The notes: generated by a model not told the origin, from the sequence alone. Positions 1 through 14,420 are shown, numbered from the whole stretch's first letter. The stretch is DNA of 63,846 nucleotides, filler included, from Hyphochytrium catenoides (GCA_900088475.1; 6 parts of 6 records of this genome joined end to end with filler, not necessarily neighbours in it), one strand, 5' to 3'. Numbers and translations are program-made.

Positions 1-808
1 GTGCAACGGATATTCCACAAGGAAGGCTTCGCTTTCTTCCTCTGAGCTTGACATTTTTTGCCGGCTCTTCGGCTCCTCCAATGCTGATGCACGTGATTGC
101 CTAAAAAATCGTGCCCACTTATAACCTATGAGCGGCAGGGAAGTATGAAGCCGCAACTCTCTCTCGGTTCGATACTCCTATCTTCTGATAACTTAGATGG
201 ACGAGTTCGCAAAGGAACAAGCGCGCGTGAGGGAGCGGGCGGGCAAGCGCGCCAGCGGGGCAAGAAGAATCCTAGAAGTCCAAGAGAGAAAGCTTGTTGA
301 AGATTGATCGATGTGTGGCTCGATGGCATGGCGCTCAACTCTTGATCAATCGGATGATGGAAGAGGGCCATAAGCGGGGTGCGCCCATTGTGCGCCTTGT
401 TTCGGGCATGATTTAGAATCACTAAAGAACATTACAGGTTTTCAAACGCCAGATGGCAATACAAATGCTGAATCGATGCGATAAGAATTCACTTTATCAG
501 ATATAACAGATGAAGCCAAACTTGTTACAATTGGTCCTGTTCAGCTCCTCTTGGCTGATTATCCATATAATGATCATCCTGCCCAGTGTTCCGGATAATA
601 TTCCCATGTGTAACCATTATTCTGTAATAATACTACATATCTGCAGGACGTGTCTGGTCCTGGGGGAGTTTAGCAGAAGAGAATGGGTTAGGTCCGTTTC
701 AGTTCTCTGCTGACCAGCAAGCCATCACTCATGTCGCCGCTCCTCCGCCTCCTTCCTGAGAGCAACAGCAGTAGGTCCAAGCAACCTTTTGACTCTGAAC
801 CAAAAGAG

Positions 809-840
<32 letters not shown>

Positions 841-1035
841 CGGAGAGGGAGAGAGAGAGAGACGGAGAGGGAGAGAGAAGAGAGAGAGAAAGAGAGAAAA
901 GGAGAGCAAGGGAAGAAAGAGAGGAGGAATGATCGTGGTTTAAGGCGGAGAAGAGCAGAGAGAGAAGAGGAGGAGGAAGCAGAGCGAGAGGGGAAACCTA
1001 GAGAGAGGAGAAGAAGAGGACAAAGAACACAGAGC

Positions 1036-4000
1036 ATGCAGGAGAGCAGCGAAGTGGGTGCAAATGGTGGATTGGAAAACAGAACAAGTGGTCAAGAGCT
1101 TCCGTTAATAGCCATGAGTCTCTCTTTGATGAACCTCTGTTTGCCTCTTGGGTGACTAGGAGCATCCTATCAACTCTCAAATGACTTAGGCATGCAGATA
1201 GGGTGATAATAGCTTTCATTCGTAGCTGGACCCTCACCCAGGTATCCCTATCATGCGTCTTGCCTCCATCAGCGGGGCCGCTGGCGGCGGCCCTGGAGAT
1301 GGAAAGGACAGGCGGAGGAGCACGGCGGTGCCCAGGCACTCTCAGATCAGCCTTGATGGATTGAAGGCATCGAACGGAAAGATGCGGAAGGCGAGCAAAG
1401 TGAGTCTATCTACACCTTCTCCTCTCTAAAACCATCCTGTACCCTTCTACCTTTACGACTACCTTCTCCTCGATGATGACAAGTCACTCTATTGTTCCTC
1501 CTAGATCTTGACCGTCCCGTCCATCTCTATCGCTCTTCCTTTATCTTTCTGCTTTCGCCGCGCTGGCCTTTCTCTTCTCCAGCGGGGTATAATTAAAGCT
1601 TGCTCTACTCTCAGATGGTGCAGAAGGTGAAGTTCAAGCCCCGGGGAATGCCGACTGAGGATGATCGTGGGTTAGCGGATGCCGAAAAACGACTGAAGAT
1701 CCATAATGAGTTCAGGGTCATTGCAGATAGGGTGCAGGACATCACAAGGTTAGAGGGAGCGCGAAATATGAAAAGTACGAGGGAGATTGTCTCATCCCGT
1801 CTTCTCCTCACTCCTTTGTGCAGAGAATGGGAGGGACTGGATGCCCAACAAATGATGGAGCTGGGAAGGAACGAGGCGTCGATCGCCGAGGTGACCTGCC
1901 CTGGCCTCTCCAGTCCCTACATAGGCTCTTTACAAGGCTTTCCTCCCTTTTGCTTCTTCTTGCTACTCTATCAATTGGGGCGCCACTCTTGGTCTCCTCC
2001 TTCTCTCTCCGTGTATCGCTCTTTCCCTTCCCGCTCCTTTCTTTTACCTCCTAGGATGGTTATTTAGTGCCTCTGACTTGTGCTGCTGCAGGCCTTGCAA
2101 GGGGCACATGAACGAATTGAACTTCTTCTGAATACTTCAGCACAGCTGCAGCCTGCCAAAACTGGGGCACTGGAAACGCTGAAGGACTGGATGGGTGACC
2201 TCAAGACTAACGGTCAGACTGAGCGTCGATCTGTCCTTCAAATGATTGGCCTCTTCCCTTTCTTGCGGTGTCGCCTTTCACTAAATCTTGGCTTCCTGGC
2301 TTCTGCTGGTCCTTCCTTCTTCACTGGTGGCCTCTATGCCTATCCTCCCTTAAGAGTGCCAATTGCCCTGTAGCGTCTTTCCTGCTTCAACGGCCTTCCA
2401 CGCCGTTCTTCACCTTAGCTCTTTTAGCTGACCTCTTCGTACTTGCTGTGATTCTTCAGGTCAGACTATTGAGGAAGAAGGCTTTGAAACGGAGATGGCG
2501 CAGGCCGATGCAGCGAACGTGATGAACAAGCTCTCCTCGTCCGTCTCCACTGTACAGAGCATCACTGAGCGCTGCTCGGCCTCTTTGGACGCTCTTATGA
2601 AGAAGGTTGTCCTTCGAGCCAACACAACCATACAAGAAAAAAGGTAAGGACCAGATCTTTAGAAGTTGGAAGCAGCGTGGGAAGCCTATGAGAGCCCTAG
2701 AATTGACAGGAGGTAGACATTGGGGAAATGAATGCAGACAGAGCTTCCGCTTATGCACTGTTCTCTACGTAGCGAGCAGCTTGGGAATGCCCTCTCCCGG
2801 AGGAATGAGTCAATGACTAAACAAGCAAGCCTGACACGCACCCTCCAGAAAGAGAAGGAGGAGGTATGTGGAGCCTCGACGTGTGCGCAATGTTTGTCTC
2901 TTACCTTCAGCCTTCCTTGTGGTTCATTCTCTTGCTGACCTGTTGTCCCTCTGACCACGCTTCATAGCTCGAACTTTACTTTGCGGAACTGAAGAGCTCC
3001 ATGGAGAACGTCAATAAGCAAGTAGAAAAGCTCAAGAAAGAGATACAAATCATGGAGCTGGAGAGGTGAACGCCATAAATTTCTGTTGAGATCTATTCCT
3101 CTGTCATTTTGCCTGAGTTGCCTAACGACCTATATGAATGTAGGGAGGACATGCAGAAAGATTGGGCGAGGGAGAAAGAGGAGCTTCAGCTTAAGATCAT
3201 GGAGCACAGCGGCAAGGATGCACCTGGAGGCAGAGCTCGAGGCGGTAACAAGTCGATGGATAGTGAGGTAAGAAGAGGAACAACAAAGAGACGAGAAGGA
3301 CTGCGGAGGCGTCTAGGTGGGGACGAAGATAAGACAAAGCAGAAGTAGAACTAAAGGAAGCTAAGAGCTAGATTCAGAGACAGAGAGAGAGCTAGATAGA
3401 AGAGTGATGAGTAAGAGTAAGAACGATTGCGGATCGAAAGGGGCGTAGCCCTAATAACAGGGATGAACTGGAAGGATGACAGCAGTCTAACATAATAGGA
3501 AGACGTGGAAGAGAAGGTGGTGAAGGAGGAAACAAGAACCAAAGTTAATCTTTCCCTATCCCTCAGGGTCGAAAGCAAGCAAAGCGGGCCTCTAACCTTC
3601 CAGAGACTGACGAGGACCTAGCCCTCGAGGTATGGGGACTTGTTAGGCGTAATGAGAGAGACATCACTTAGAACAAGAGAGACTACGGGCATTAACGTCT
3701 CCGCTCTCTTTCTCTCGCTCTTTTCACCGCAGACGGCCGCCCGGGAAGTCGAGGATGTGAGGCATACTTAGCATTCTTGCATATCAAACATGTAGCCCTC
3801 TTTCCACTTACCCTCTGATGTTACGTTGCCTAGTCCCTGCTAAGGAAAGCTCTAAGAGAGGAGCAAGAGAGAAGTCAGGGTCTGCAGGAGACAATAGAGA
3901 AACGGGACAAAGAGCTTACAGAGCTGCGAGCGCCACTTGCGGAGAAGGTTAAGGAGAACGACGAGCTAAAATTGCAGGTTCTCCAATGCTATCCATTCTG

Positions 4001-7000
4001 TCGACTCTGCGGTCTTATCATCCCAGCTGTCGTTCTCTCTCCTCTCTCTGCCTTCTTTTTCTGCCATTCCTAACTTGCTTTCATTCTCTCTTTCTCTATG
4101 TCGATTGATTTAGCCCTCGCTCGCTCCCACCGTCTCAAAGTGGCACTGACAGTCGCCATGCAGGTAAAAACTTTAGAAAGTGACCTGAAGCTGCTCCGAG
4201 ATAGCAGTGGAGAGGAGGTCAACAACGTCAGAGCAGAGGCTGAGCGACTAAGAAAAGAGATAGCAGCGGCGAAAGAGCGAGGTAATGTCGCTCCTTCCAG
4301 AGTCGCTTTTTTCCAAGCTTCTTTTTATCCTATCTCCTGACGCTATTGGCCTCAGCCTATCTTTTTACCTACTGTGCCTTAAACGCCGCATTGTCCTATC
4401 CCTATGACGCCTCCTCATCCTCTGCTTCCAGAGGCAGCGGCAGATGCCACTATCGCAGCTCTGAAAGAGAGTGCAGAACAGGCAGCAAGGGCCGCCACTG
4501 AGGCGGCAGAGGTTGCTGAGGCTGCTGAGAATGAGTTAAAACTAAGAATGGACCAGAAAGAAGCCGAGAAGACACAAATTGAGGAAGAGGCAGCGATAGG
4601 GAATCTGTCAGAACAATCAAAGAGGGCACTGAGGGAGTTGGAGACATTGAAGGGCGAGCACCTGAAGCTTCAAGGGGCCTATAAACAGCTGCAAGAGAGT
4701 TTGGAGTCTACACAGAAGGTAAAGGGAGAGAAAGGGGCACACTCCTGGACCTTACATTCTTTAGATGTTTCTCACTCTCTCTCTTTGTCCATCCAGGTGC
4801 TAGCGTCGACCCAGAGCTTGCAGCGTATGGAGGAGCAAGAAAAGGATAAGCTAAAAGAGAGGGCTGAGGAGCTTGCCAGAGAGTGCCAGCGACTGAAAGA
4901 GGAACGAGTGACAGCCACGCTGTCAGAGGAGTCAAGTCAAATCGCCATGGAAAAAGTCGAGGACCAGCTGAAAGCCCAAATGGGTGGAGAAAGGGAACAA
5001 GAAGCAACAGAGAAAAAAGAGAAAGATGAAAGGAAGAAGACACCCGGTCCTTCCCTTCCTGGCCGTCCAAGCAGCGGACAGACCGGAGAGCGTAAAGTGT
5101 CCATCTTTCATTCGCAGCCTCAGCTGACGGTAAGCGGCAAAGGAGTAGACAAGACGGAAATCTTCTAAGAATCCTTTCTCCTTATTGTTGCTTCGGTCTA
5201 AACACAATCCCTCTCTCTCTCGCTCGCTCGTTCTCTCTCGCGCTTGTTTCTCTCTTCCTCTCGTTTCTCTCTCAGTATCTCTCTCTCTACCTCTTCGTCT
5301 CTCCAGTCTTCCTGTCCTTTCCTGGTACACTGCCTTCCTTTTCCCTGCATCTTCCTATGCTTCCTCCATCGTCCTCAAATATACATTGCCTCTCTCTCTC
5401 TCTTTGTGAACTTTCGCCTAGAATTCTCACCTAGAGCTCATGCCTACAATGCTTCGCTCGGTCTTCGAAGACTTGCGCGGCGCTGTAGAAGCAATGGAAA
5501 GGAAGGCGGGAGAGGCCAGAAAAAGTAAGATCAACCTTCTCACCAGATATGCAGCCAACGCCATCCAACTGCGTTCCATGGTGCAGAAGTTGAGACAACA
5601 AGGGAAAGTCTCCGAAAAAAGAGCCATCACTGCATTCTCTCCTTCATCGTCTTCTCGCTCCCTGGGAGTCGCAAGACCAATTCTGGCATCAAAGAGTCGA
5701 ACCGCCGAAGGGATTCAGAGACCCATTCAGCGCTCAACGCCCGAGAAACTGACAGCTTCTTCGGAATCTGAAAGACTCTTCCTTGAAGAGATAAGCGGAG
5801 AAAGTATCCCTGTGTCTGCACCCTCTCAGCAGTTTGCTTCGACTCCTTCCGGCGCCCCTTCTTCTGAGCCTACGCAGGCCCCTCCCAGCTTCAATAGTAT
5901 CGGGGAAGGCGAAACGTTAGAGGAAAGAGACCCTCTTCCTCTTCAGTTTTCTCTGTCCAGTGGCTCTGAACGGAACCTGGCTCAGCAGCTGCTTGATGGT
6001 AAAGAAGGAAATCTAGCCCCACGGGAGGGTGACAGACCAGCAGCTACGGCAATGTCGTCCCTCAATCCTGCCGTCGCGGTCGAGACGGGTGCGTTGCACA
6101 CGAAGCTACGTTGAGACCGTCTATTGTCAATGGCTAACCCTAACATCATCCTCTCTTTCGGTCTCTCGTCTCATCTCTTCCCTTCTACCTGTCACCTGTT
6201 TGGGATGTCCCTACTCTCTATACGAATTAGGTGGCTTTCGTGTGCAGCCTCAAGCTCTCTCAGTTTCGGCCGAGTTGCTCGCTTCATCTCTGTCGTCTTC
6301 TTCTTTGGAAGCACCTAATCCATGGAAACCCACAGATGAAGATTTCCCTCAGCGGGAGGATGAGGATGATGACGACTTCTTCGCTAGGATCGTGTCGCCT
6401 GCTTCTCCTTCCTCAACAACTCCTCCCTATAGGCTAACTGCTCTACTTGAGGACTTGAAGGACGAGCAGCGAGAGCACGTTATCCAGCTTGCTTATGCAT
6501 TGAGGGAAAAGCATAGCATGGTAGCCCAGGTGAGTGGGTCCTAGAACCGTCTTGACCATATCCTGCTCTGATATGAGCTCACTATAGCAGTCAGCGCCCT
6601 TCTTCTTGGTCATTTTCCACCATCGTCTGCGTGGCGATGGCTCTCTTACACTTGCTTCTCCCTTTGAAGTACCTCTATTGCCTTCTCCTCTTCCTCTCTT
6701 TCATTTTGCTCTTACCATTATTTCACTCCAGGCCAAATCGTCAGCTAGTTTTGCCCTTGAGGAAGCGGCACGTTTGAAGCAAGCAGTAGAGACACTGGAG
6801 CAGGCTCATGGGGAGCTTGATGAAGATTCAGAGGCTGTAATGAACTCGCTTAGAGAGGAGATACGGAGACTGCAGGTAGGAGTCCGGGGGCAAGTGAGTG
6901 GGGAAGAGGAAAAAAGAGAGCGAGAGCGAACGCGGGAGAGAAAGGAAAGAGAAGAGAAGTGAGAGAAGAGCGCGAGAGAAAAAGAAGAGCGCTCTACATG

Positions 7001-10000
7001 CAAAAAGATTGGGATATCCAGCAGCCCATAGACCCAGATCAGGAGAGGGTGACTAGCAGATTTCCTTTTTGAAGGGTACTTCATCCTACTCAGGCCACTT
7101 TCGCAACCTCGGTCTTTATTCCTGTCCCTTTCCCTTCCTCCTTCTTTTCCTGTCCTTGTCACTTGCCAAGAACCGAGTGGAAGAGCTGGAGACCTTGCAT
7201 ACGAAGGAGCCGCGAACAGAGGCAGATCAAGCTCCGTTACCCTCACACTCAGAGGACAAGAAGGAGGATCTTTCTCTTCTTTCCTTTTTCCTCTTGCGCT
7301 CCCTGCTGGAGTTTAACCTCAACCTCAGAGCCCAGCTAAAGGACTTGCTAGGCATCCAAAGAGAAGGAAATTGGGACACTTTCTCTTCTTCGGTTCCAGG
7401 TTCTTATCCAGCTCTACCAGTAAGGGAGAGAATAACTCCGGAGCTCATCAAGGAGACTATAGAAAAGGCAAAGGAGCACCTAACTCCTCTGCCTATCAGC
7501 TTCAAGGTACCTCTATACGTCAAGGTTTCAGCGTTGGCCTAACATACTTGTTTTCAATCGGGATCTTGAGGCCGCCAAAGCAATTTTACGGCCGCTGGCG
7601 AGGCTACCTCCTCTTGTGGCTTCTGGCCTGATATCCACTTCTACCCTCCTCCTTGTCCTGTTCTCACTCCTCTTCTCTCTTCGCCCCGTGTCCCGCGGAC
7701 GGCTTGATATCAGGGCCACTATGGTGGCAATGATGTTCTGGCTTATCGACAGCTGGATAGTGGGACCTATACACTCAAACCGCAGCAACGAAGGTGCGGA
7801 GAGGTTAGGGAGAGGAGAAGAGCACCAAGTGGCTGGACGAGGAAATGAAGGAAGGCGCAATGAGCAAACGAGAGTGAAAGTGGATGGAAAGAGGTGGGGG
7901 ACGGAGAGAGAGAATGAGCGATACTGAGAGAAGGGTTTCCGATGAGCCGAGGAGTCAATCAAGAGTGAGATAGAAAGAAAGTGAGAGAAGAGATACTGAC
8001 ACTGATATTTACCCTTTCATAAAAATAAAGTCCCGAGGCAGGGCAGTCAAGTGAAGAAAGGCCCGGCAATACTGAGGGCCAGGAGCCTAAGGAAATGGCC
8101 GAGAAAGTATACTCCAAACTGCAGGAGAACGAAGAAAAGAAAGACGAGCAACCTCCAGATGTTGGCGTTACCGAGTCTGCGAACCCCTCAGACGTCGAGC
8201 AGGAATCCCTTGAATTGCCTGAGGTAGAGTATAGCAGAACAGCCAGATATTGACTGCAGAGCGCTAAGGGCCTTCTTCTGTCATATCATGCCGTCAGGGC
8301 CTCTTTGACATCACCAAAGCAATGGACGAACTGGAGCAACTCGAAGCGCTGGCAGAGAAGGAAGTGCAAGAGGAGGGAAAACTGTCGTCCGCCGTCTTCA
8401 CTGTGGAAGAGTTCAAGAAAGAAGCAGAGGAAAAGTTCTCCACTCTTCTCCAGTTGGGCGCAGACCTGAAGGCAGCTCTTGAGAAGCTGCAGAAGGTTCG
8501 ACGAAAACCCAGTATAAAGTCAGGTGAGTCAACGCAGAGGACTCAGGACAATAGAAGGGTTCCCAAGGGTCATGAGAATAGTCAAACAGAGAGTTCAAGA
8601 AAGGAAAATTTGTGCTATAAGTGTAGAAGTGAATCTTAGGGATGCACCATGATGGCTGAAGAGGAAGAGGCTCAAAATGGTGAAGGCGAATTAGAGTCAA
8701 AGAGAACACAGCCAACGCCATAGTCTCTGCGGACAGAACTATAGAAGAACCAGACTCTGTCTATGTCGTATCGTTGGCTGAAAGGGCTTATTACTATCAG
8801 CCTATGAGCTCTTTCTTGCCCGTGGTTCTCTCTTGCCCCTACCTTTTTCTCTCTCTCTCACTCTTTCTCGTGTTGTCGTCTATTATATTGCACTGCCTAC
8901 TACTACTCCTGTTAGCGCGCGAGGGATGCGTGACGAAAGATCCATCGGCGTACGCTCCAACCTTAGCAGAGGCAGAGATCGACATACTTGTGGACTCCCA
9001 GCTAAAGCTTCTAAGAGAAAAGGAGGAGATGGCAGCCGAGCTCACGTCAGGTACGGAGATCCAGGACCCAGGAATAGTTTTAGAGACAAATACGGATAGA
9101 CGGGAGGATACTGGGACTCTCAAGACATCACGTGGACAGAGGAGTAGGGAGATAGCACAGTCCGTGTAAGAGGAAGAGCATGCGGAAGCTGGTTGAACGA
9201 AAAGGGTTATCAGGCTGAATGATGGGAGATAGTAGCCATAAGACGCTCCCAACGAGCTTCCAACCACTTAGCTATACGGACATTGATAGTGAGAAGGGTC
9301 GCAGACTAACGTTTAGCTGACTTAACTTAGGAATGAATCAGAGCTCGACTGAGATGATCAGGAGCTTAAGGAAGAAGGTGTCAGGTCTGCAAGGGCAGAT
9401 TGCGGACTATGAGAGACAGCTACGCATCCTTCAAGGTACAGTCAAGAGCTACTGTTCTACGATCTCCACTACTGTTCAACTTCTTAAAGTGTTCAATGTC
9501 CATGATCGCCACTCTCTGCTGTTACCCTCCGTACTCTTAGGAATCTTAATAATAGGAGCATTCCTAAGCTCTGTGTTATTTGATATTCCCTTCTCAGCTT
9601 GTCCTCTCCCCTGCATCCATCAAACTTTTTCAGAGTCTAACCGGAACCAGTTCGGAGCGCTGGAGTTGGCGGAGAGGCTGGCAGCAGAGGATCGACCCCT
9701 AGTGGAGATGAAGCTAAACCTTACCGTGCAGAGAATGAAGCTGGTTAAGGAGGAGAGAGAGCTCGGCCAGCGGCAAGCTGTAGAAGAGGTGAAGACAGAG
9801 TCATACATCTTTCCCTTTCCGATGTTAAGAATCTTCACCCTTTATCAGAGCCTCGCCCTCTCTCGTGGCGGTCAAATATCGACTCTTGCCGGGTTTCTCT
9901 CTTCCTCTTATAGTCAATAGCTCCTCACCGACTTTACCGACTTAGTGAGATTCTATGTTTCCTGAGATCAGCGCGCCTTCTCAGCAGTTGTGTGTGGCCT

Positions 10001-11938
10001 TATCAACCTGCTTCTGTTTGCCCCTGCATATTAACGACGCAGGAGAGAGAGGAAGGAGAGGAAGGGAGAAGGAAGGTTCGACAAGCTCTCCAATATCGCT
10101 CAAAAGCACTTAGAAGGGCGCTGGAGCGCCTTCAGCAGCGACTGAATCTTGTGGAAGAGCGCAGAGCTGCCAGTTTTGTCCACATTATCGCGGCCTATGG
10201 AAGAGTATCGCGGCTTTCCGAAGTGAGAACTATAGATGTTCCATGTTGGTTTGGGCCTCAACTCTATTCTCTATCACAATTTGTGTGGGGCTTCCGCTAT
10301 CCTGCTCGTGCATTACTCAACGGTGCTTATCTTTTCCTCGTTTGTGGCCAGTCCATCTTCAACGGCACTTCGTATCGGCCTATTATGGAATGGTCTAGAC
10401 AGAGAGAAGCCTTGACAGGACTTACAAGGCAGCCAAGGTAGGAGAAGGACATGAAAGGAAGGGAAGAAGTACACACTAAACTTTGGCGAGCAAGGCCTTG
10501 GCAGCCAGAGAGAGAGAGAGACAAAGAGAAGCAGAGGTAGGAGAGAATCCCGGAACTTAGCTGCCACTTCTCTCCACCGAACAGAGGATCTCCCGATGTG
10601 CTTCGCGCCTCCGATGCCGCAGAAGGAGGGATTCCTCAAGTAACTCCGCGTATCAGTGGTCATTTGCAACATGAAGCAAAGCAGAGCTCACCCAAGAGTA
10701 TGAATTTTCACTCGCCTTTGTTCTTAACGTCTTTTGATGTGTCTCGCCTGGCTTCCTTTCTATGGTATATCTTTACGTGTCCGTCTCGCAGTGACTAGGC
10801 TCACTTTTACAAGCCTGTCAACGGACTGTTATCTGATCGTCAGCGAGCTTTGCGTTGGTTACAACGCCTCTATACGTGCTTTCTTCCTACCAATTCACGA
10901 GGTCTTGGTGTCATTACTGCTGTATCCACTTCTGGGTATCTGCTTTCCCTTTCTTCCTGTGCAGCGCCAGCGCACTCACTTGCTTTGTACACATCAGGCT
11001 ATACTGACGGTGAAGAAGCCCTCGGCAAAGAACAGGACACAACGCTTGGGCATACTTCCTCTTTCATCCAAAACAGCATCAGTGCGGCTGGAGGCAAATC
11101 GAGAGAGAACACTCTCTTTTCTACTTCTTTCCCTCTCGCACTCACATCCTGCGGTCCTTCGTCACCCTCAGCTCTTACAAGGCCTTCTTCACTGAAGGCT
11201 GTTCTCCCTCCTTCCCCAAAGAAGGTAGTAGACTCCCCACCAAAGGAAGAAGGGATGGCGCGGAAAGGGTAAGAGCCGTGAATCGTTTACATCCTCTCTC
11301 TTTTTACGCTCTCGGGTTCATCCTATGCTATCGACTACGTTTGCTGTCGTCTTTTGATAGTAGGAGGAGGGGTTGTGGGTCCAGCCTTGGACCGCTCGAT
11401 ATCATTGCCCTCCTTCCCTACGCAGCGAGTGCGTTGACGGGATCTTATCTTCTCTTTCTACCGCCATCAATCTCTATTTTTTGTCGTTCCACCCAGAGCC
11501 TCTGACTGGCTACCTGTCTGTCCATCTCCGTCCGTCGCTTTATCTGTTGGTATCTGTGTCCGTCATGCTTAGCTACCCCATCTCCCTACTCCTTTGTCTG
11601 TTCATGCCCTCGCTTCGTTGGCAGTGTTTGGCCCATTGCGCCTGTTTGGCAACCTATGCCTTTGCCCCTGTCGTTGTCAATGCCGTCCGACCACCGCGAT
11701 GGTACCTCATCACCACCTGTTGCTCGTCAGTTCTGAGGAAGGATTGACTGTCCTTTTGTTCCTCGTCATGATTATACGCAGTCGCTAAGCCTTTTTACCT
11801 CTCCCCTCCTTCCCCTTGCTCGCCCTATGCTCTTGCCGTAGGGGATTTACAAAGCTTATGCTTCCCGTTTCGCCCTCCAAAGCGCCAAACAACAATAACA
11901 TGCCAGTGAGAAAGCCTAAGCAAGCCGGAGTTAGCTGA
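1036..11938 (+). CDS. Large multi-exon coiled-coil protein of unknown function (roughly 25 or more exons; 5' end uncertain, could be 731)
   Basis: E/K/L/A-rich exons chain in frame across GT-AG introns, e.g. ...KMRKASK|MVQKVKF...DITR|EWEGLDA...IAE|ALQGAHER...KTN|GQTIEEEG...; SLLRKALREEQERSQGLQETIEKRDKELTEL. The last exon, KGGFTKLMLPVSPSKAPNNNNMPVRKPKQAGVS, ends at TGA 11936-11938. Confidence 0.75.
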
Positions 11939-12401
11939 CCCTGCTGGACTCCTCTTGGCCAAGTAGAGAGAGCTCTACCCTGAAAGCACCATCGGCATGA
12001 TGAGCACGATGTTCATGGGCTTTGTAGAGGACAAGGGAAGCAAGAGAGGAGGATGTTACAGCTCAATAATTTATTGATTCAGTGAGTCATTTCATCAAAA
12101 AGCCTGCCGCTTTGGTGGGAGACAGAGTGAATAGTATGCTGATTGCCGTGCTACAAAGCTTCACGCTCAGATCTAGCATATGGTTTATAAAGCAGCTGCT
12201 ACTCATGTCCCAGTAATCCTACACGGAGAACGAGTCGAATGGTATACCTTCTGGCTTCAGAAAGAAGCCCTACGCGGAGGTAATGAGGCGGCTGTCTCTC
12301 TTCCACTGGCAGTGGCCAGGACGACAGCCGTTCATTACTCTTCATTATGCCCGTCTCCAATCCTGTCCCATTATAAGTTTTTTGTTCCTATGCTGCCGCT
12401 G

Positions 12402-14066
12402 TCATCCATCTTCCAGGCCCGACGATGACTGAGACGACGCCGAATCTCTAGAAGAGCTCTTCTTGAGAAAGTCTACTAACTTCAGGGTGGGATGTAAATG
12501 GTTGAAATGATCGAGGCAGGCACCGCCATATCGAGCCAACTTGCTGCACGCCAAGACCTGACAGCGCCGTCCTTCTCCGTGCTCATTACAATATCCTCCT
12601 CCTCTATCAACCTTCTGACAGCCTACATGCAGGCAGACACGGGTGCCACCATGTCGTGCACAGAAGTCACCCCTCTGTGTTCCTTTCACGCATCCTGGAT
12701 AAGTGCATCGCTTGCCGCCCCCATGAGCACGGCAAAAGCCCCCACCTTGACTGCTCTTCGTACACCCGTCGTAACGACAGCGCTCTCCACCGCCATGTGC
12801 CTTGCACTTTCCTCTGGACTGTGCAGACTTTTGGCAGCCTTCAAAGGAGCATCGCTTGCCGCCGCCGTGACTCATGCATAGCGTTCCACCTTGCACACTC
12901 TTCTCACAACCTTTGACACTGCAGCGCTTGCCGCCACCATGCGACTTACATAGGCCCCGCGACCGAACTTTCTTGTCACAGTCTGGCACCTTACATTTCC
13001 TTCCCTGACGAGCTCGGCGTGATGCCGCTTCCGATGGACCCCCTCCATCACTACTAAGGTCAAATGATGCACTCTTCCGCCTGTAGTCCCTGTGTATATC
13101 TTGCGAAGAGCCGTAGTCGCTCATGGATTGTCGAGGGTTATTCTGCTGCTCATATTTCGCTGTGTGTCGATGGAGATGAGCCTCAGTCAGCCTTCCCGTA
13201 GAATAAGAAGAAGAAGCTGCTGAGGCCGCAGAGGCCGCCGCATAAGCTCCATCTAGATGATCACCAGCCTAAGGGAGAAGGGCCAAAGATCAGAAATTGT
13301 TAACGGACGGAGAATAAATCTTAGTAGACCATCACAAAGGAACTTGTCATCGGGCTATTGGTCTGAGTTAGGGAGCGCCAAGGGCAACCTTAAGCAAAAA
13401 AAATTGTCCAACCTGCATTGCACATCTGCTTTTAGCCCACGCAGTGTCAGCTAGACCACGAGGGTAAAATGCTGGACCCCGAGGGGGAACATCGCCATGA
13501 TGATAGTATTGCAAAGCTTCCTGGGGCTGCTGATGCCTGTAGGGCCGTGGCGTGTAGTCCGGCATGCTGCCGCTGCCACCTGTGACGATGTAGTGAGGCT
13601 GCAGTGGCCTCCTCATTGCTGGCCAATCTCGGGGGTGTGCCTCCTGTGGATGATAGAGCGGCATCCTGGAGCCTATTGCCATATCTGCTCTCGGTCTCAC
13701 CTCCTGACGGTGCCCTCCTATAGTGTACGTGTGTGCCAGACAGTAGCCGCCTTTCTTGGCGGCCCTAGAGCAACCATCTGCGCAGCATTTCATAAACATG
13801 TGGCTGGCGCAAAAGATTGTACCGGGCACAGGGGATTGCGCACAACTATCGACTATACAGCTTGTCTCTTCACCATGGCTCGGCGGCAACGCACCGCATT
13901 CCAAACGATCTTCCGTCCCATCTTCAAATTTTATAAAGCCTCCCATAGCAGGTAGGGGTGACTGCTCTTCATGGCTCAAGCTCGCTGAATATTCACTTCG
14001 TGTTGAATGCACCCCTTCTCCTCTCCTGCCGCTCTGTCCCTGAGGATGCCCTAACCCAGCTCGCAT
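12402..14066 (-). CDS. WRKY19-like CxxxGCxKxxxxGGxCxxHGGG zinc-finger repeat protein (probably 2 exons)
   Basis: ORF 12402-13124 has about 7 tandem C-x4-C-x9-C-x2-H(GGG) units. ORF 13368-14066 has 2 degenerate units. The frame is open upstream of Met13124 to an acceptor near 13253; the exact donor is uncertain. Confidence 0.85.
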
Positions 14067-14420
14067 CCTCCCCCTTGTTGCCCTTCACTCCGTCCTAGCA
14101 GACTAGTCTTCTGTCAGCACGAGCTGCCGAAGATCAAACCACAGCCTATACAGCCCGAAGGTCCCGATGTGGACGGGCTCACGATGTAATCCTGCGAAGA
14201 TTGTATGCTCGATGTCCATCAATTTTCAGTCGAGCCAGATAGGGCCAACTCGTCAATCCGTGGCCGCAGCTTTCTGGAAATAAACCAAGACAACAGAAGA
14301 GGACAAGGGAACGTTGTCCCGCCGAGAAGCAGCGGATTGGGAGTGAGAGACACTCCGCTTGACTTGAAAATATAATCTGTGACCACTTGGAGACGATCAG
14401 CCTCTGGAGAGGATAGAACT

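Noticed and set aside
11920-12080. Possible TAG readthrough or codon reassignment (ELADPAGLLLAK*RELYPE…)
   Set aside because: The spliced frame ends earlier at TGA 11936-11938. Conserved exons show no in-frame stops, and B55 ends in TAG at the expected position.
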